Source of the DNA: Octopus sinensis
Lineage: Eukaryota
Assembly: GCF_006345805.1 (NCBI RefSeq)
Contig: NC_043001.1
Location: 17,484,001-17,548,000 of the forward strand
Length of the DNA: 64,000 nt
Direction: 5' to 3'
Shown here: one piece after another, positions 10,980 through 22,649 of the stretch
How the letters are laid out: every line of letters begins with the position of its first letter
Numbering within the stretch: position 1 is the first letter of the stretch
Translations under genes and position numbers: made by a program
The notes under the pieces: generated by a model
What the model was told of the DNA's origin: nothing
What the model saw: only the letters and a program-made list of their open reading frames with translations
Databases searched by the model: none

Positions 10980-11599
10980 GTAAATGTTCACGTTGAATAT
11001 ATTTATTTCTTTATTGCCTACAAGGGGCTAAACACAGAGGAGATAGACAAGGACAGACAAAGGGATTAAGTCGATTACATCAACCCCAGTGCGTAACTGG
11101 TACTTATTTAATCAAGGATGAAAGGCAAAGTCGACCTCGGCGGAATTTAAACTCGGAACGTAACAGCAGACGAAATATCGCTACGCATTATGCCCAGTGG
11201 GCTAACAATTCTGCCAGCTAGGCACAAGGCCCCAAATTTTTTGCCGCTGCCAGTCAATTGGATTGACCCCAGTACACTACTGGTACTTAATTTACAAATC
11301 CCAAAAGGATGAAAGGCAAAGTCAACCTCGGCAGAATTTGAACTCAGAACATAGCGGCAATAGAAATACCGCTAAGCATTTCGCCCTGCATGCTAACGTT
11401 TCTGCCCGCTCGCTGCCCTTCACATTGAATATATTAAATCATTAATTTTCTATATTGATATTCTTGAGTAACCCCTGACAGTTAATTGAAGGGATTCATT
11501 GTCATGTAAACTCGTTTATGATTACATTTAGAAACAAACTGTAAAACTTACCACAAAAATAATGTGTTTAGGTGTTAGTTTGAATTTGTTCTTCGTTTA

Positions 11600-12010
11600 G
11601 GCAAAGGCAGTGGCACATAAAAGGCACCATTCGAGTGTGATCGTTACCAGCGTCGCCTTACTGGCACTTGTGCCCGTGCTAGTAGGGTGCCAAGAGCACC
11701 ATCCGAGCGTGATCGTTACCAGAGCAGCCAACTGGCTTCTGTGCCAGTGGCATGTAAAAGGGCACCATTCGAGTGTGATCGTTAACAACGTCGCGTTACT
11801 GGCACCTGTGCCAGGGGCATGTGTAAAAAGATTCTAGCGAGGTCATTGCCAGTACTGCTTGACTGGCCCCCGTGCTGGTGGCACGTAAAAAGCACCCGTT
11901 ACACTCTCGGAGTGATTGGCGTTAGGAAGGGCATCCAGCTGTAGAAACTCTGCCAGATCAAGATTGGAGCCTGGTGCAGCCACCAGGCTCCAGTCTGATT
12001 TGGAATGGTT
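11600..12010 (+). mobile_element. Family C non-autonomous retroelement (hairpin-monomer array + ggaagggcatccagctgtagaaa domain)
   Basis: Repeated gtgcc-ggt-ggcac-gtaaaaagcacc monomers and a shared central domain. Full copies elsewhere end in (GAT)n. Confidence 0.75.
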
Positions 12011-12071
12011 TCTATGGCTGGTATATGTATTGTAAATAATGGCTGGTATATTATATTGTATATAATTTCAG

Positions 12072-12586
12072 AAAAACCTGAGCACACTGATGAAGTTGTT
12101 GTCCAAGGAACAGCTGAAGATGATGGTGGTGTTACTGTGGAAGAGATTAAAGAAGACAAAGAACAAGAAGTACATCGCAAGAAAAAGAAGAAACACAAAG
12201 GCAAAAACAAAACACCAGGTCCCCAGGTGAAAGAAACCGAAGTTGCCCCGACGGAAGAAACTGAAAGCAATCAAGTATCAACTAAACATAAAAAACGTAA
12301 AAGAAAAGGTTCTGTAAATGATGATGATGAGGCCAATTCTTTAGGTGGTGTTGCTAAAAAACTGAAATTTGATCCTGAAAGTGTAGGTAAATATGAGGAT
12401 GAGGTGAGCGTGAAAGTGGACACAGAGGCAGATGTGGATGCAAATGGCGTGAATGAGGACCAACATTTGGAAGTGCCCCTTGAAAAACAGAATGGGGATA
12501 TTAATGAAAGCTTTACCCAAGAAGGACCACATGAGTTTGGGGGATTCACCATTCTTGGAGAATACAAAAGACAGGAAGTACAAAAG
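12072..12586 (+). CDS. DDX51: DDX51 exon 3 (charged low-complexity N-terminal region with basic NLS/NoLS-like clusters)
   Basis: tttcag| acceptor and AAG|gtgaga donor, within ORF 12005-12685. Contains RKKKKKHKGK and KHKKRKRK and ends GGFTILGEYKRQEVQK. Confidence 0.9.
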
Positions 12587-13689
12587 GTGAGATGTTATTT
12601 TGTTTCATTACTCGTCCTTTATTCAAGCGCTAACCAACATTCTCCTTACTTGTTTTCAAATATAAGCTATGAAATTCCACGGTAGCACCACCACTACCCA
12701 AGCAGTCATGTTAGGAAACCCCATGGAGTCTAGCACATTTATTCACACACACACACACATTGGGCTTCCATACAGTCTCCATCTGTTTCAAATTTTGCTC
12801 ACATTGCTCAACCCTAGGCTATATTAGAAGATACTGTCCCAAAGGTGGCGAGCTGGCAGAATCGTTAGCACACCGGGCGAAATGCTTGGCGGTATTTCGT
12901 CTGTCCCTACGTTCTGAGTTCAAATTCCGCCGAGGTCAACTTTGCCTTTCGTCCTTTCGGGGTCGATAAATTAAGTACCAGTTACACACTGGGGTCGATG
13001 TAATCAACTTAATCCTTCCGTCTGTCCTTGTTTGTCCCCTCTATGTTTAGCCCCTGGAGGGCAATAAAGAAATAAGAAATGTTAGCACGTCAGCCAAAAA
13101 TGCTTACTGGTATTTCGTCTGTCTTTATGATCTGAGTTCAAATTCCACCGGGATCGACTTTGCCTTTCATCTTTTCGGGGGTCAATAAATTAAGTACCAG
13201 TTGCATACTGGGGTCAATCTAATCGACTGCCTCCCACCCTCCCTTAAAATTTTGGGCCTTGTGCCTAGAATAAAAAAGATTATCCAGTATATTGTTGCAA
13301 GTAAAACTGATAGGATGTAACTTGGCTGCTATTTCCAACCGTTTAACCTTTTCAGTATCAACCTGGCTGAAACCACCTCTGGCTCTGTAGTACAAATGTC
13401 TTATTTTCATAAGTTTTGAATGAAAATCTTCTACCAAACCTTAATCACAATTTATGTTCCTAACACTAACTGAATGATAGCTAGGATATTTTACTAAACT
13501 CTTTGTTATATTTTAAACTAGCATTAAAGACCCATCGTTGCCGGGTCATAGTGCTAGTGCATGTATATATGTGTACATATTACATGTACATCTATATATA
13601 TACATCTACACATAAAATACAAAATACAAAGTTATATCTTGATATCGCTAGTGATAACAATACTCAAAATAATTAACAGACTGGAATTG

Positions 13690-14030
13690 TTAGCCTGTCT
13701 CTTGTAATTTCGATCAATTGTATCTTGTCCTCCCTTTTGTATAGAAGTGTGGCTACAATCCAGCCTACCTCTACTTCGGGGGAAGGGGGCATTTTTTATT
13801 TTTTTCCGGGATGTCCTACGTCCCAGATATAAAGGTAAAAAAATATTTCCACTTTGCAAGTTCGAGTCGAGTACTCCCTTGCACGCTCCGTTGACTCGAA
13901 CCTTGCTTCTATTGTGGCGAATTTACCGCCTCTGATTAGATATCTTTCATAGTCGCACCAAGACACTTTTCGAAGGTGCTTTCCTCCATGTGTTGAAATC
14001 TTTTTTCTCTACATTGTATACTTTATAGAC
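13690..14030 (-). mobile_element. Degenerate LINE ORF1-like fragment
   Basis: Minus strand reads YLIRGGKFATIEARFESTERAR...PLYLGRRTS.../PEVEVGWIVATLL with frameshifts. Family assignment is from pattern memory only. Confidence 0.35.
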
Positions 14031-14258
14031 AATAGTCTTTTCTTTAGTTTAATTTTTTATTATCCATCTGGACTATTCCATTTCTGCACGCTAATTTTAT
14101 TTTTAATTTATTCCCATTCATGTGAAACCACTTATTCAAGTTATAGACAATAGTCTTTTCTTTAGTTTAATTTTTTATTATCCATCTGGACTATTCCATT
14201 TCTGCACGCTAATTTTATTTTTAATTTATTCCCATTCATGTGAAACCACTTATTCAAG
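14023..14258 (+). repeat. Exact tandem duplication, 118-bp unit
   Basis: ttatagacaatagtc...ccacttattcaag occurs at 14023 and 14141. Confidence 0.92.
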
Positions 14259-14775
14259 TCATTGATGCAATTTTATACCAATTGCTATTTTTATTTTTTT
14301 TTTATGTTACGATTATATTATACTTTAGTTTGATTTTAATTATTACTTACTACATATAATTCAATTGTTATTATTATTTTTATAGTTAAAGTGAAAGTAT
14401 CTGACATAAAATAGAGAAATGTTTTTATTTCACTTTTAACACGTAATACTGAATTAGTGGAGAAGATATGATATTGCTATGGGCTCGCTCTAGGCAAGAA
14501 GTTGAACTTTTTTTTGCCCATGAAACTACAGGGACCCTAAGTAAAGCATGTGTAAAATTTGAATGAAATTGGTTGTGTAGTTCTCAAATTTTAGGGAAAC
14601 ACACACACAGACAAAGACACACATTCTCAGTTTTATATATATAAAGATTCATTGAAAGAAAAATAGAGCATCTCAACAGAAATACGGTAACAAAAGGGTT
14701 AAGGAACCAGATAAATGTTGTGTTGGTTCACTTTTACCATTCTTTGCTGTAGTATTGTTTTTATCCTTATTACAG

Positions 14776-14926
14776 GTGTCTCGGAAATTACCGGATTGGC
14801 TGGTAAATCCAAATTTGATAAAAACTGATCTCTCAGATGAAAAAATACACATTTCCAAATTTGAAGGTCTTGATGCTAAACTAAAGAAGAAGCTTCAAGA
14901 GAATGGAGTCAATTATTTCTTTCCAG
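14776..14926 (+). CDS. DDX51: DDX51 exon 4 (VSRKLPDWL...NGVNYFFP; Q motif start)
   Basis: ttacag| acceptor and G|gtatgc donor; 151 nt. Confidence 0.95.
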
Positions 14927-15216
14927 GTATGCTTTTCCCTTTCTCTTCAGTTTAACCCTTTCTTGCCAGCATCGCCTGGACCCCATGCTGGTGGCACGTA
15001 AAAGGCACCATCCAATCGTGGCCGTTTGCCAGCCTCGTCTGGCACGTAAAAAGCACCCACTACACTCACGGAATGGTTGGCGTTAGGAAGGGCATCCAGC
15101 AGTAGAAACATTGCCAGATCGACTGGGCCTAGTGCAGCCTTCTGGCTTCCCAGACCCCAGTTGAACCATCCAACCCATGCTAGTATGGAAAGCGGACGCT
15201 AAACGATGATGATGAT

Positions 15217-16192
15217 GTTACCAACCCGGCTGAAACCACCTCTGGCTCTGTAGTACAAATGTCTTGTTTTCATAAGTTTTGAATTAAAATCTTTCACCAA
15301 ACCTTAGTCACAACTTATGTTCCTAACACTGGCTTAATGATTATTAAGTTATTTTACTAAATTCTTTGTTATATTTAAAATTAATTGAAAGAAACACAGA
15401 GCATCTCAACAGAAGTATGATCACAAAAGGGTTAAAATATATAATAGAGAAATAATTCTTAACCCTTTCGTTACCAACCCGGCTGCAACCGCCTCTGGTT
15501 CTGTAGTACAAATATCTTGTTTTCATAAGTTTTGAATTAAAATCTTCCTGCAAACGTCAGTCACAATTTATGTTCCTAACACTGGCTTAATGATAACTAA
15601 GTTATTTTACTAAATTCTTTGTTATATTTAAAATTAATTGAAAGAAACACAGAGCATCTCAACAGAAGTATGATCACAAAAGGGTTAAAATATATAATAG
15701 AGAAATAATTCTTAACCCTTTCGTTACCAACCCGGCTGCAACCGCCTCTGGTTCTGTAGTACAAATATCTTGTTTTCATAAGTTTTGAATTAAAATCTCC
15801 TGCAAACGTCAGTCACAATTTATGTTCCTAACACTGGCTTAATGATAACTAAGTTATTTTACTAAATTCTTTGTTATATTTAAAATTAATTGAAAGAAAC
15901 ACAGAGCATCTCAACAGAAGTATGATCACAAAAGGGTTAAAATATATAATAGAGAAATAATTCTTAACCCTTTCGTTACCAACCCGGCTGCAACCGCCTC
16001 TGGTTCTGTAGTACAAATATCTTGTTTTCATAAGTTTTGAATTAAAATCTTCCTGCAAACGTCAGTCACAATTTATGTTCCTAACACTGGCTTAATGATA
16101 ACTAAGTTATTTTACTAAATTCTTTGTTATATTTCAAGTAATTGAAAGAAACACAGATCATCTCAAAAGAAATACAGTAACAAAAGGGTTAA
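15217..16192 (+). repeat. Tandem array of four ~252-bp piggyBac-like MITE units
   Basis: Units TTAA-CCCTTT...AAAGGG-TTAA separated by aatatataatagagaaataattc; aaccc recurs at 15461, 15714 and 15966. Confidence 0.9.
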
Positions 16193-16264
16193 GAAATAGC
16201 ACCAGGTGACGGTGCCACATTAAAAGCACCCAGTACACTCTGTAAAGTGTTTGGCATTAGGAAG

Positions 16265-16690
16265 GATATCCAAGGTGGCAAACTTGCTGAATCGTTAGCA
16301 TGCTGGGTGAAATGCTTAGCGGTATTTTGTCTGCCGTTATGTTCTGAGTTCAAATTCCGCCAAGGTTGACTTTGCCTTTCATCCTTTCGGGGTCAATTAA
16401 ATAAGTACCAGTTACGCACTGGGGTCGATATAATCGACTTAATCCGTTTGTCTATCCTTGTTTGTACCTTCTGTGTTTAGCCCCTTGTGGGTAGTAAAGA
16501 AATAGGTATTTCGTCTGCTGCTACATTCTGAGTTCAAATACCGCCAAGATCGACTTTACCTTTCATCCTTTCGGGGTCAATTAAATAAGTACCAGTTACA
16601 CACTGGGGGTCGATATAATCGACTTAATCCGTTTTTCTGTCCTTATTTGTCCCCTCTGTGTGTAGCCCCTTGTGGGCAGTAAAGAAACAA
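16265..16690 (+). mobile_element. SINE family A, dimeric/concatemeric
   Basis: A head followed by a second headless unit joined at gaaata|ggtatttcgtctg. Confidence 0.8.
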
Positions 16691-16964
16691 GAAAAGGAGA
16701 ATGGGCACCAGCCTGCCTAAAAGTTGCAGTAGAGGTCACCTGCCTACCTCGGTTGCTATGGCATTGAGGTAGATCCAGCCACTCCCGGGGGACAAAACCC
16801 TGATTTAAAACACTGGATGATGTATACATCATCACCATTATCGTCATTCAATGTCCATGTTCCATGCTGGCATGAGTTGGAGACTTAGACAGGATCTGAT
16901 GTATCCAAGGACTGCATTAAGCTCCACTGTCTGCTTTGGTATCGTTTTTATGAAGACAAGATCT

Positions 16965-17370
16965 ATAGGTGCAGGAGTGGCTGTGTTGTAAGAAGCTTGC
17001 TTCCCAACCACATGGTTCTAGGTTCAGTCCCACTGTGTGGTGCCTTCGGCAAGTGTCTTATACTATAGCCTCGGGCCAACCAAAGCCTTGTGAGTGGATT
17101 TGGTAGAGGGAAACTGAAAAAAAGCCCGTCGTATATATGTATATATATATGCATGTGTGTGTCTGTGTTTGTCCCCGTAGCATTGCTTGACAACCGATGC
17201 TGGTGTGTTTATGTCCCCGTTACTTAGCGGTTCAGCAAAAGAGACCGATAGAATAAGTACTGGGCTTACAAAAGAATAAGTCACGGGGTCGATTTGCTCG
17301 ATTAAAGGCGGTGCTCTAGCATGGCCGCAGTCAAATGACTGAAACAAGTAAAAGAGTAAAGAGAGAGAGT
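16965..17370 (+). mobile_element. SINE family B, full length
   Basis: Head to gtaaaagag tail. Confidence 0.85.
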
Positions 17371-18101
17371 ATATATAAATATGTATGTATTTATGTGTAT
17401 ATGTTTGTCCTCTCCCCCATTGCTTGACAACCGATGTTGGTATGCTTACGTCTCCGTAAAGTAGCGGTTCAGCAATAGAATAAATACCATGCTTACAGAG
17501 AATAAGTCCTGGTGTTGATTAGTTTGACTAAAGGCGGTGCTCCAGCATGGCCACATTCAAATGACTGAAGCAAGTAAAAAAAGTATTGTACTTTAGTTCT
17601 CACAGAAACCTGCTTGTTTTCTCAGCTGTTGGTCATCGATGTGTTTTGGTGGTCTGGGCTGGACTTGTCATAAGGTTCACAGACAACAGGTGGACTTGTG
17701 CAATTGCCAGTTGGTATCCTAGACATTAGGTGGCGATTTGGCAGAAGCGTTAGCACGCCAGGCGAAATGCTTTGCGGTATTTCATCTGCCGTTACGTTCT
17801 GGGTTCAAATTCCACCGAGGTCAACTTTGCCTTTCATCCTTTCGGAGCTGATAAATTAGGTACCAGTTACGCACTGGGGTCGATATAATCGGCTTAATCC
17901 GTTTGTCTGTCCTCTGTGGGTAGTAAAGAAATAGGTATCCTAGACATTAGAAAAGGCCGCTTGGTCAAGGTGGAAAAGAATGGTACAATGAAGACAGAAT
18001 CAGAAGTCCATTGTGACCAATGGTCTGGTCAGTGCTTTGACGATGCTTAAGACTAATTATGTTATCATTTAATTGTTTTATTACTGATTTATTAATTACA
18101 G

Positions 18102-18247
18102 TGCAATACCAGCTTCTTCCGGTTCTACTAAAGGATGTTCGTTTTGGTGTGAATGTCGGCTGTGGAGGATACCGTCCTCGGGACATCTGTTGCTCCAGCC
18201 CGACCGGGAGTGGGAAAACATTTGCATTCGTCCTACCAATTCTTCAG
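18102..18247 (+). CDS. DDX51: DDX51 exon 5 (Q motif end and Walker A SPTGSGKT)
   Basis: ttacag| acceptor and CAG|gtagag donor; 146 nt. Confidence 0.96.
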
Positions 18248-18837
18248 GTAGAGTTCCAATATCATCTGTTTTTATCTTTTATTTTTTGCTTGTTTCAGTC
18301 TTAGGACCATGGCCATACTGGGGCACCGCCTTGGGGCATCTGGTCAAACAAATTGGCCCCTGTGCTTTCTTTGTTTTCTTTTTTTTAAGTCTAGTACTTT
18401 TCTTATCTGCCTTTTTAGCCAAACATTTATATGGACGTAAACAAACCAACACTGGTTGTAAAGCAGGATGGGGTTGGAACAAAGATACACACACACACAC
18501 ACACACTATGGGCACACAGTATCTGTTTACCAAATACATGAAAAGGCATAGTAGAAGACATTTGCCCAAGGTGCTACACAGTGGGACTGAACCTGAAACC
18601 ACGTGGTTTCAAAATGAGCCCCGAAACCACACACCCATGCCCATAGCTACTTTAATGCTCACAATTTTGCAGTTATGCTGGAGTAACTTTTAGACCCTAT
18701 TCAACTTAAGTGCATGTTGAATGCCATGCTAAAAGGCCTGAAGATGTATTTCTTGAGCTCAAATCCAAGTGGGGTTGACCTTTATCCTTGATCATTCATA
18801 GTGAGGCCAGTCCTAGGGTTGACTCAGTGCTGGGGCA

Positions 18838-19250
18838 CTACCTATTTCTTTACTACCCACAAGGGGCTAAACACAGAGAGGACAGACAAACGGATTAAGC
18901 TGATTATATCGACCCCAGTGCGTAACTGGTACTTAATTTATCGACCCCGAAAGGATGAAAAGCTAAGTCGACCTCGGCGGAATTTGAACTCAGAACGTAA
19001 AGACAAACGAAATACCTATTTCTTTGCTACCCACAAGGGGCTAAATACAGAGGGGACAAACAAGGACAGACAAATGGATTAAGTTGATTATATCGACCCC
19101 AGTGCATAACTGGTACTTAATTTATCGACCTCGAAAGGATGAAAGGCAAAGTCGACCTCAGTGGAATTTGAACTCAGAACGTAGCGGCAGACGAAATACC
19201 GCTAAGTATTTCGCCCGGCGTGCTAATGTTTCTGCCAGCTCGCCGCCTTA
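18838..19250 (-). mobile_element. SINE family A concatemer
   Basis: Repeated units joined at gaaatacc|tatttcttt on the plus strand. Confidence 0.8.
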
Positions 19251-19915
19251 GGTTTCTTTCAGTTTCTGTCTACCAAATCCACTCACAAGGTTTTGGTTGG
19301 CCTAAGGGTACAGTAGAAACACTTGCCCAAGGTGCCATGCTGTGGGACTGTCCCCAGAACTATGTGGTTGGTATGCAAGCTTCTCACCACACAGCCACAC
19401 CTGCGCCTATATATATATCTCTTATTATAAAAGGCAGATTTTATCTGCCTCCCTTTGGGAGTTATACAAATCTACAATATAGGATTTCTTCAATTACAAT
19501 TTACCTAGCATTTTTAAGAGTACAAGGCATCGCGTCATGCCAGGTCCAGTTTTTAAAATTTAAACTCCAATTAAGCAAAATTTACAGAAAACTCACATTC
19601 TGGTGTGTGTGTCAAATGCTTTTCTTAGTCTGGTTTACACCACACGCAAACGCACACACACAGTGGGCAACGAATAAAATGAAAGTAATTGACTTACTGT
19701 AGTGAGTGATTCTTTCACTTTGCCCCCCACTTCCTCTTTCCACACATAGACACGCAAATATATAAATAAAATTGTAAGCTAACGTGCGTGTGTGTGAGTG
19801 GGTGTGTGTGGGTGTGCGCGTGTGTGTGTGAGGGTGCGTGTGTGTGTGTGTGCGTGAGTGTGTGACAGGAAAGTTTTTTACGACGAATATAACACCTATA
19901 TCCAAGTAGCAGAAA

Positions 19916-20287
19916 GATTAGACAGTAAGGTGTGATTTGAGGGAGATTTGGCTGCTATTTCTACCATGTCTAGCTGCCATGTAGGGGTCTCCCTCATAGG
20001 CTCATACATACATATATACATAGATAAGACAGTAAGGTGTGATTTGGGGGAAATTTGGCTGCTATTTCTACCAGGTCTAGCTGCCATGTAGGGGTCTCCC
20101 TCATAGGCTCATACATACATATATACATAGATAAGACAGTAAGGTGTGATTTGGGGGAAATTTGGCTGCTATTTCTACCAGGTCTAGCTACCATGTAGAG
20201 GTCCCCCTCATTGGCTCATATATATATACATACATAAGACAGTAAGGTGTGATTTGAGGGAGATTTGGCTGCTGTTTCTACCAGGTC
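19916..20287 (+). repeat. Minisatellite, ~107-bp unit x3.5
   Basis: gacagtaaggtgtgatttg..gg.gatttggctgctatttctacc at 19921, 20028, 20135 and 20238. Confidence 0.9.
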
Positions 20288-20657
20288 TGTTAGGCCTTCT
20301 CATGTAAACTCAAGCTTTCTCATACCTTGAACATAAGACCAAAGCAGAGAATGTATTCTTTTATTCTTCTGCTTTTTCCAGCCATTGGTCTGTGGCCATG
20401 CTGGGGCAATGCCTTGAAGAATTGTAGTTTAATGAATCAACTCCAGTTTTATTTTTGTAAGCATTGTACTTATTCTATCTGTTTCCTTTGTCAAACCACT
20501 AGGTGACAGGGATGTAAACAAACCAACATTCGTTGTCAAGCAGTGGTGGAGGACAATCACAAGCACAGACACGCACACACACACACATACATGCATACAC
20601 ATATACACACATACATACATACATACATATATATATATATATGTGTGTATATATATA

Positions 20658-20975
20658 TTGCAGCGTGGAAGGTGTTTGTAAGCCATTTAAGAAACACACA
20701 AAAACCGTTACATTCACTTCAACATTTAAATTTAATTTGTCAAAATATTTTCGTCGCTTTGAGACCGCGACCTGTTCACTGACAAAAATATCGTGCTAAC
20801 AGGTCGCGGTCTCAAAGCGATGAAAATATTTTGACAAATTAAATTTAAATGTTGAAGTGAATCTAACGGTTTTTGTGTGTTTCTTAAATGGCTTATAAAC
20901 ACCTTCAACGCTGCAACTGTTTTCGTTCCAGCACACGATCTCAGATCAAGTCACTTGCTATGCAAGTACATCTCT
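20658..20975. mobile_element. Long palindromic Penelope-like repeat (~120-bp arms plus a unique tail)
   Basis: ttgcagcgtggaaggtg...gacctgtt / aacaggtc...ccttcaacgctgcaa. Same family at 7746-7885 and 45374-45900. Confidence 0.8.
20739..20783 (-). ncRNA. Hammerhead-like fold with GUGAACA (G3:C8) core, best copy
   Basis: (ttt)gtca-GTGAACA-g-gtcgc[ggtctcaaa]gcgac-GAAA-atat-TT/-tgac(aaa). Stem I is 7 bp, stem II 5 bp, and stem III is the palindrome AATATT. Confidence 0.65.
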
Positions 20976-21079
20976 GTAACTATATATATATTTATATATA
21001 TATATATATATGTATATTGGTAAAAACAGTAAGATAACAAAAGAAGAAAGAGACCTCAATATTATGTAAATAGAGGAAA

Positions 21080-21462
21080 TCTTTATATATAAAAGTGAGG
21101 TTGTGTGTCTGTCTCCTACGATTTAGATTCCTAACTACTCCCACATTTTGCGGTGCAGTTTAACCAAAACCGGGTATCTTATAGTCGTGATTCATATCGA
21201 GACCGTCTGGGTATTAGCGCGCGTCTATGATTTAAAAAAAAATTTAACATCAATTTTTCCCATTTTTAATCCATTTTTGACATATATAAGGGAAGTAACT
21301 CTCTAAAATTTATTATTAAATCTCAGAACGTAAAAAGCTACAGTAACACCCCTCCCCCTTTGTGGTTAGCCATATTGAGATGGCTATTATACTTTACATC
21401 TCTAAAAATGCTTATATAATTATTTCCCTTACAAACCCGAGCAACGCCGGGCGATACTGCTA

Positions 21463-21463
<1 letters not shown>
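21080..21463 (+). mobile_element. Non-autonomous Helitron family H1
   Basis: A|TC start, cccgagcaacgccggg hairpin, CTAG|T end. Confidence 0.85.
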
Positions 21464-21495
<32 letters not shown>

Positions 21496-21647
21496 CTTCA
21501 GTTTCTGTCTGTCAAATCCATTCACAAGGCTTTGATTACCCTAAGGCTATAGTAGAAGTCACTTGCCTAAGGTGCCATGCATTGAGACTGAACCAGGAAG
21601 CATGTGGCTGGAAAGCAAACTTACTATGCATCCACTCCAGTGCCTAT

Positions 21648-22378
21648 TAACCCTTTCGTTACTGTATTTATTTTGAGATGATCTGTGCTTCTTTCAATTA
21701 CTTGAAATATAACAAAGAATTTAGTAAAATAGCTTAGTTATCATTAAGCCAGTGTTAGGAACATAAATTGTGACTAAGGTTTGGTGGAAGATTTTAATTC
21801 AGAACTTTTGGAAACAAGACATTTGTACTCAGAGCCAGAGCTGGTTTCAGCCGGGTTGGTAACGAAAGGGTTAAGAATTATTTCTCTATTGTATATTTTA
21901 ACCCTTTTGTGACCATACTTCTGTTGAGATGCTCCGTATTTCTTTCAATTAATTTTAAATATAACAAAGAATTTAGTAAAATAACTTAATTATCATTCAG
22001 CTAGTGTTAGGAACATAAATTGTGACTAAGGTTTGGTGGAAGATTTTAATTCAAAACTCATGAAAACAAAACATTTGTACTCAGAGCCAGAATTGGTTTC
22101 AGCCGGGTTGGTAACGAAAGGGTTAAGAATTATTTCTCTATTATATATTTTAACCCTTTTGTGACCATACTTCTGTTGAGATGCTCTGTGTTTCTTTCAA
22201 TTAATTTTAAATATAACAAGGAATTTAGTAAAATAACTTAGTTGTCATTCAGCTAGTGTTAGGAGCATGAATTGTGACTAAGGTTTGGTGGAAGATTTTA
22301 ATTCAAAACTTATGAAAACAAGACATTTGTACTCAGAGCCAGAAGCAGTTTCAGCCGGGTTGGTAATGAAAGGGTTAA
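21648..22378 (-). repeat. Tandem array of three ~250-bp piggyBac-like MITE units
   Basis: Same unit and same 23-nt spacer as 15217-16192, on the opposite strand. Confidence 0.9.
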
Positions 22379-22532
22379 GGGAAAAGGTTTTGTAGTGAGA
22401 TTTATTCTAGATTAGGGTTGCGACTATATATAAGTAAATACAGCATGTGCACTACGCAGGTCTTTAATTTTCTTACATTCATTTGTTTTTTATATATTTA
22501 AAAATTTTTGTTTGTTTCTATTTCTTTTTCAG

Positions 22533-22649
22533 TCACTTAAAGATCGAGTTGTGTGTCGCGTAAGGGCTCTTGTGGTTTTACCAGCCAGGAGTCTTGCACA
22601 ACAAGTCTTCAATGTTTTCCGAACTTACGCTGCAGATCTAAATCTGAAG
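22533..22649 (+). CDS. DDX51: DDX51 exon 6 (motif Ia PARSLAQQV)
   Basis: tttttcag| acceptor and AAG|gtaaaa donor; 117 nt; RVVCRVRALVVLP. Confidence 0.95.
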
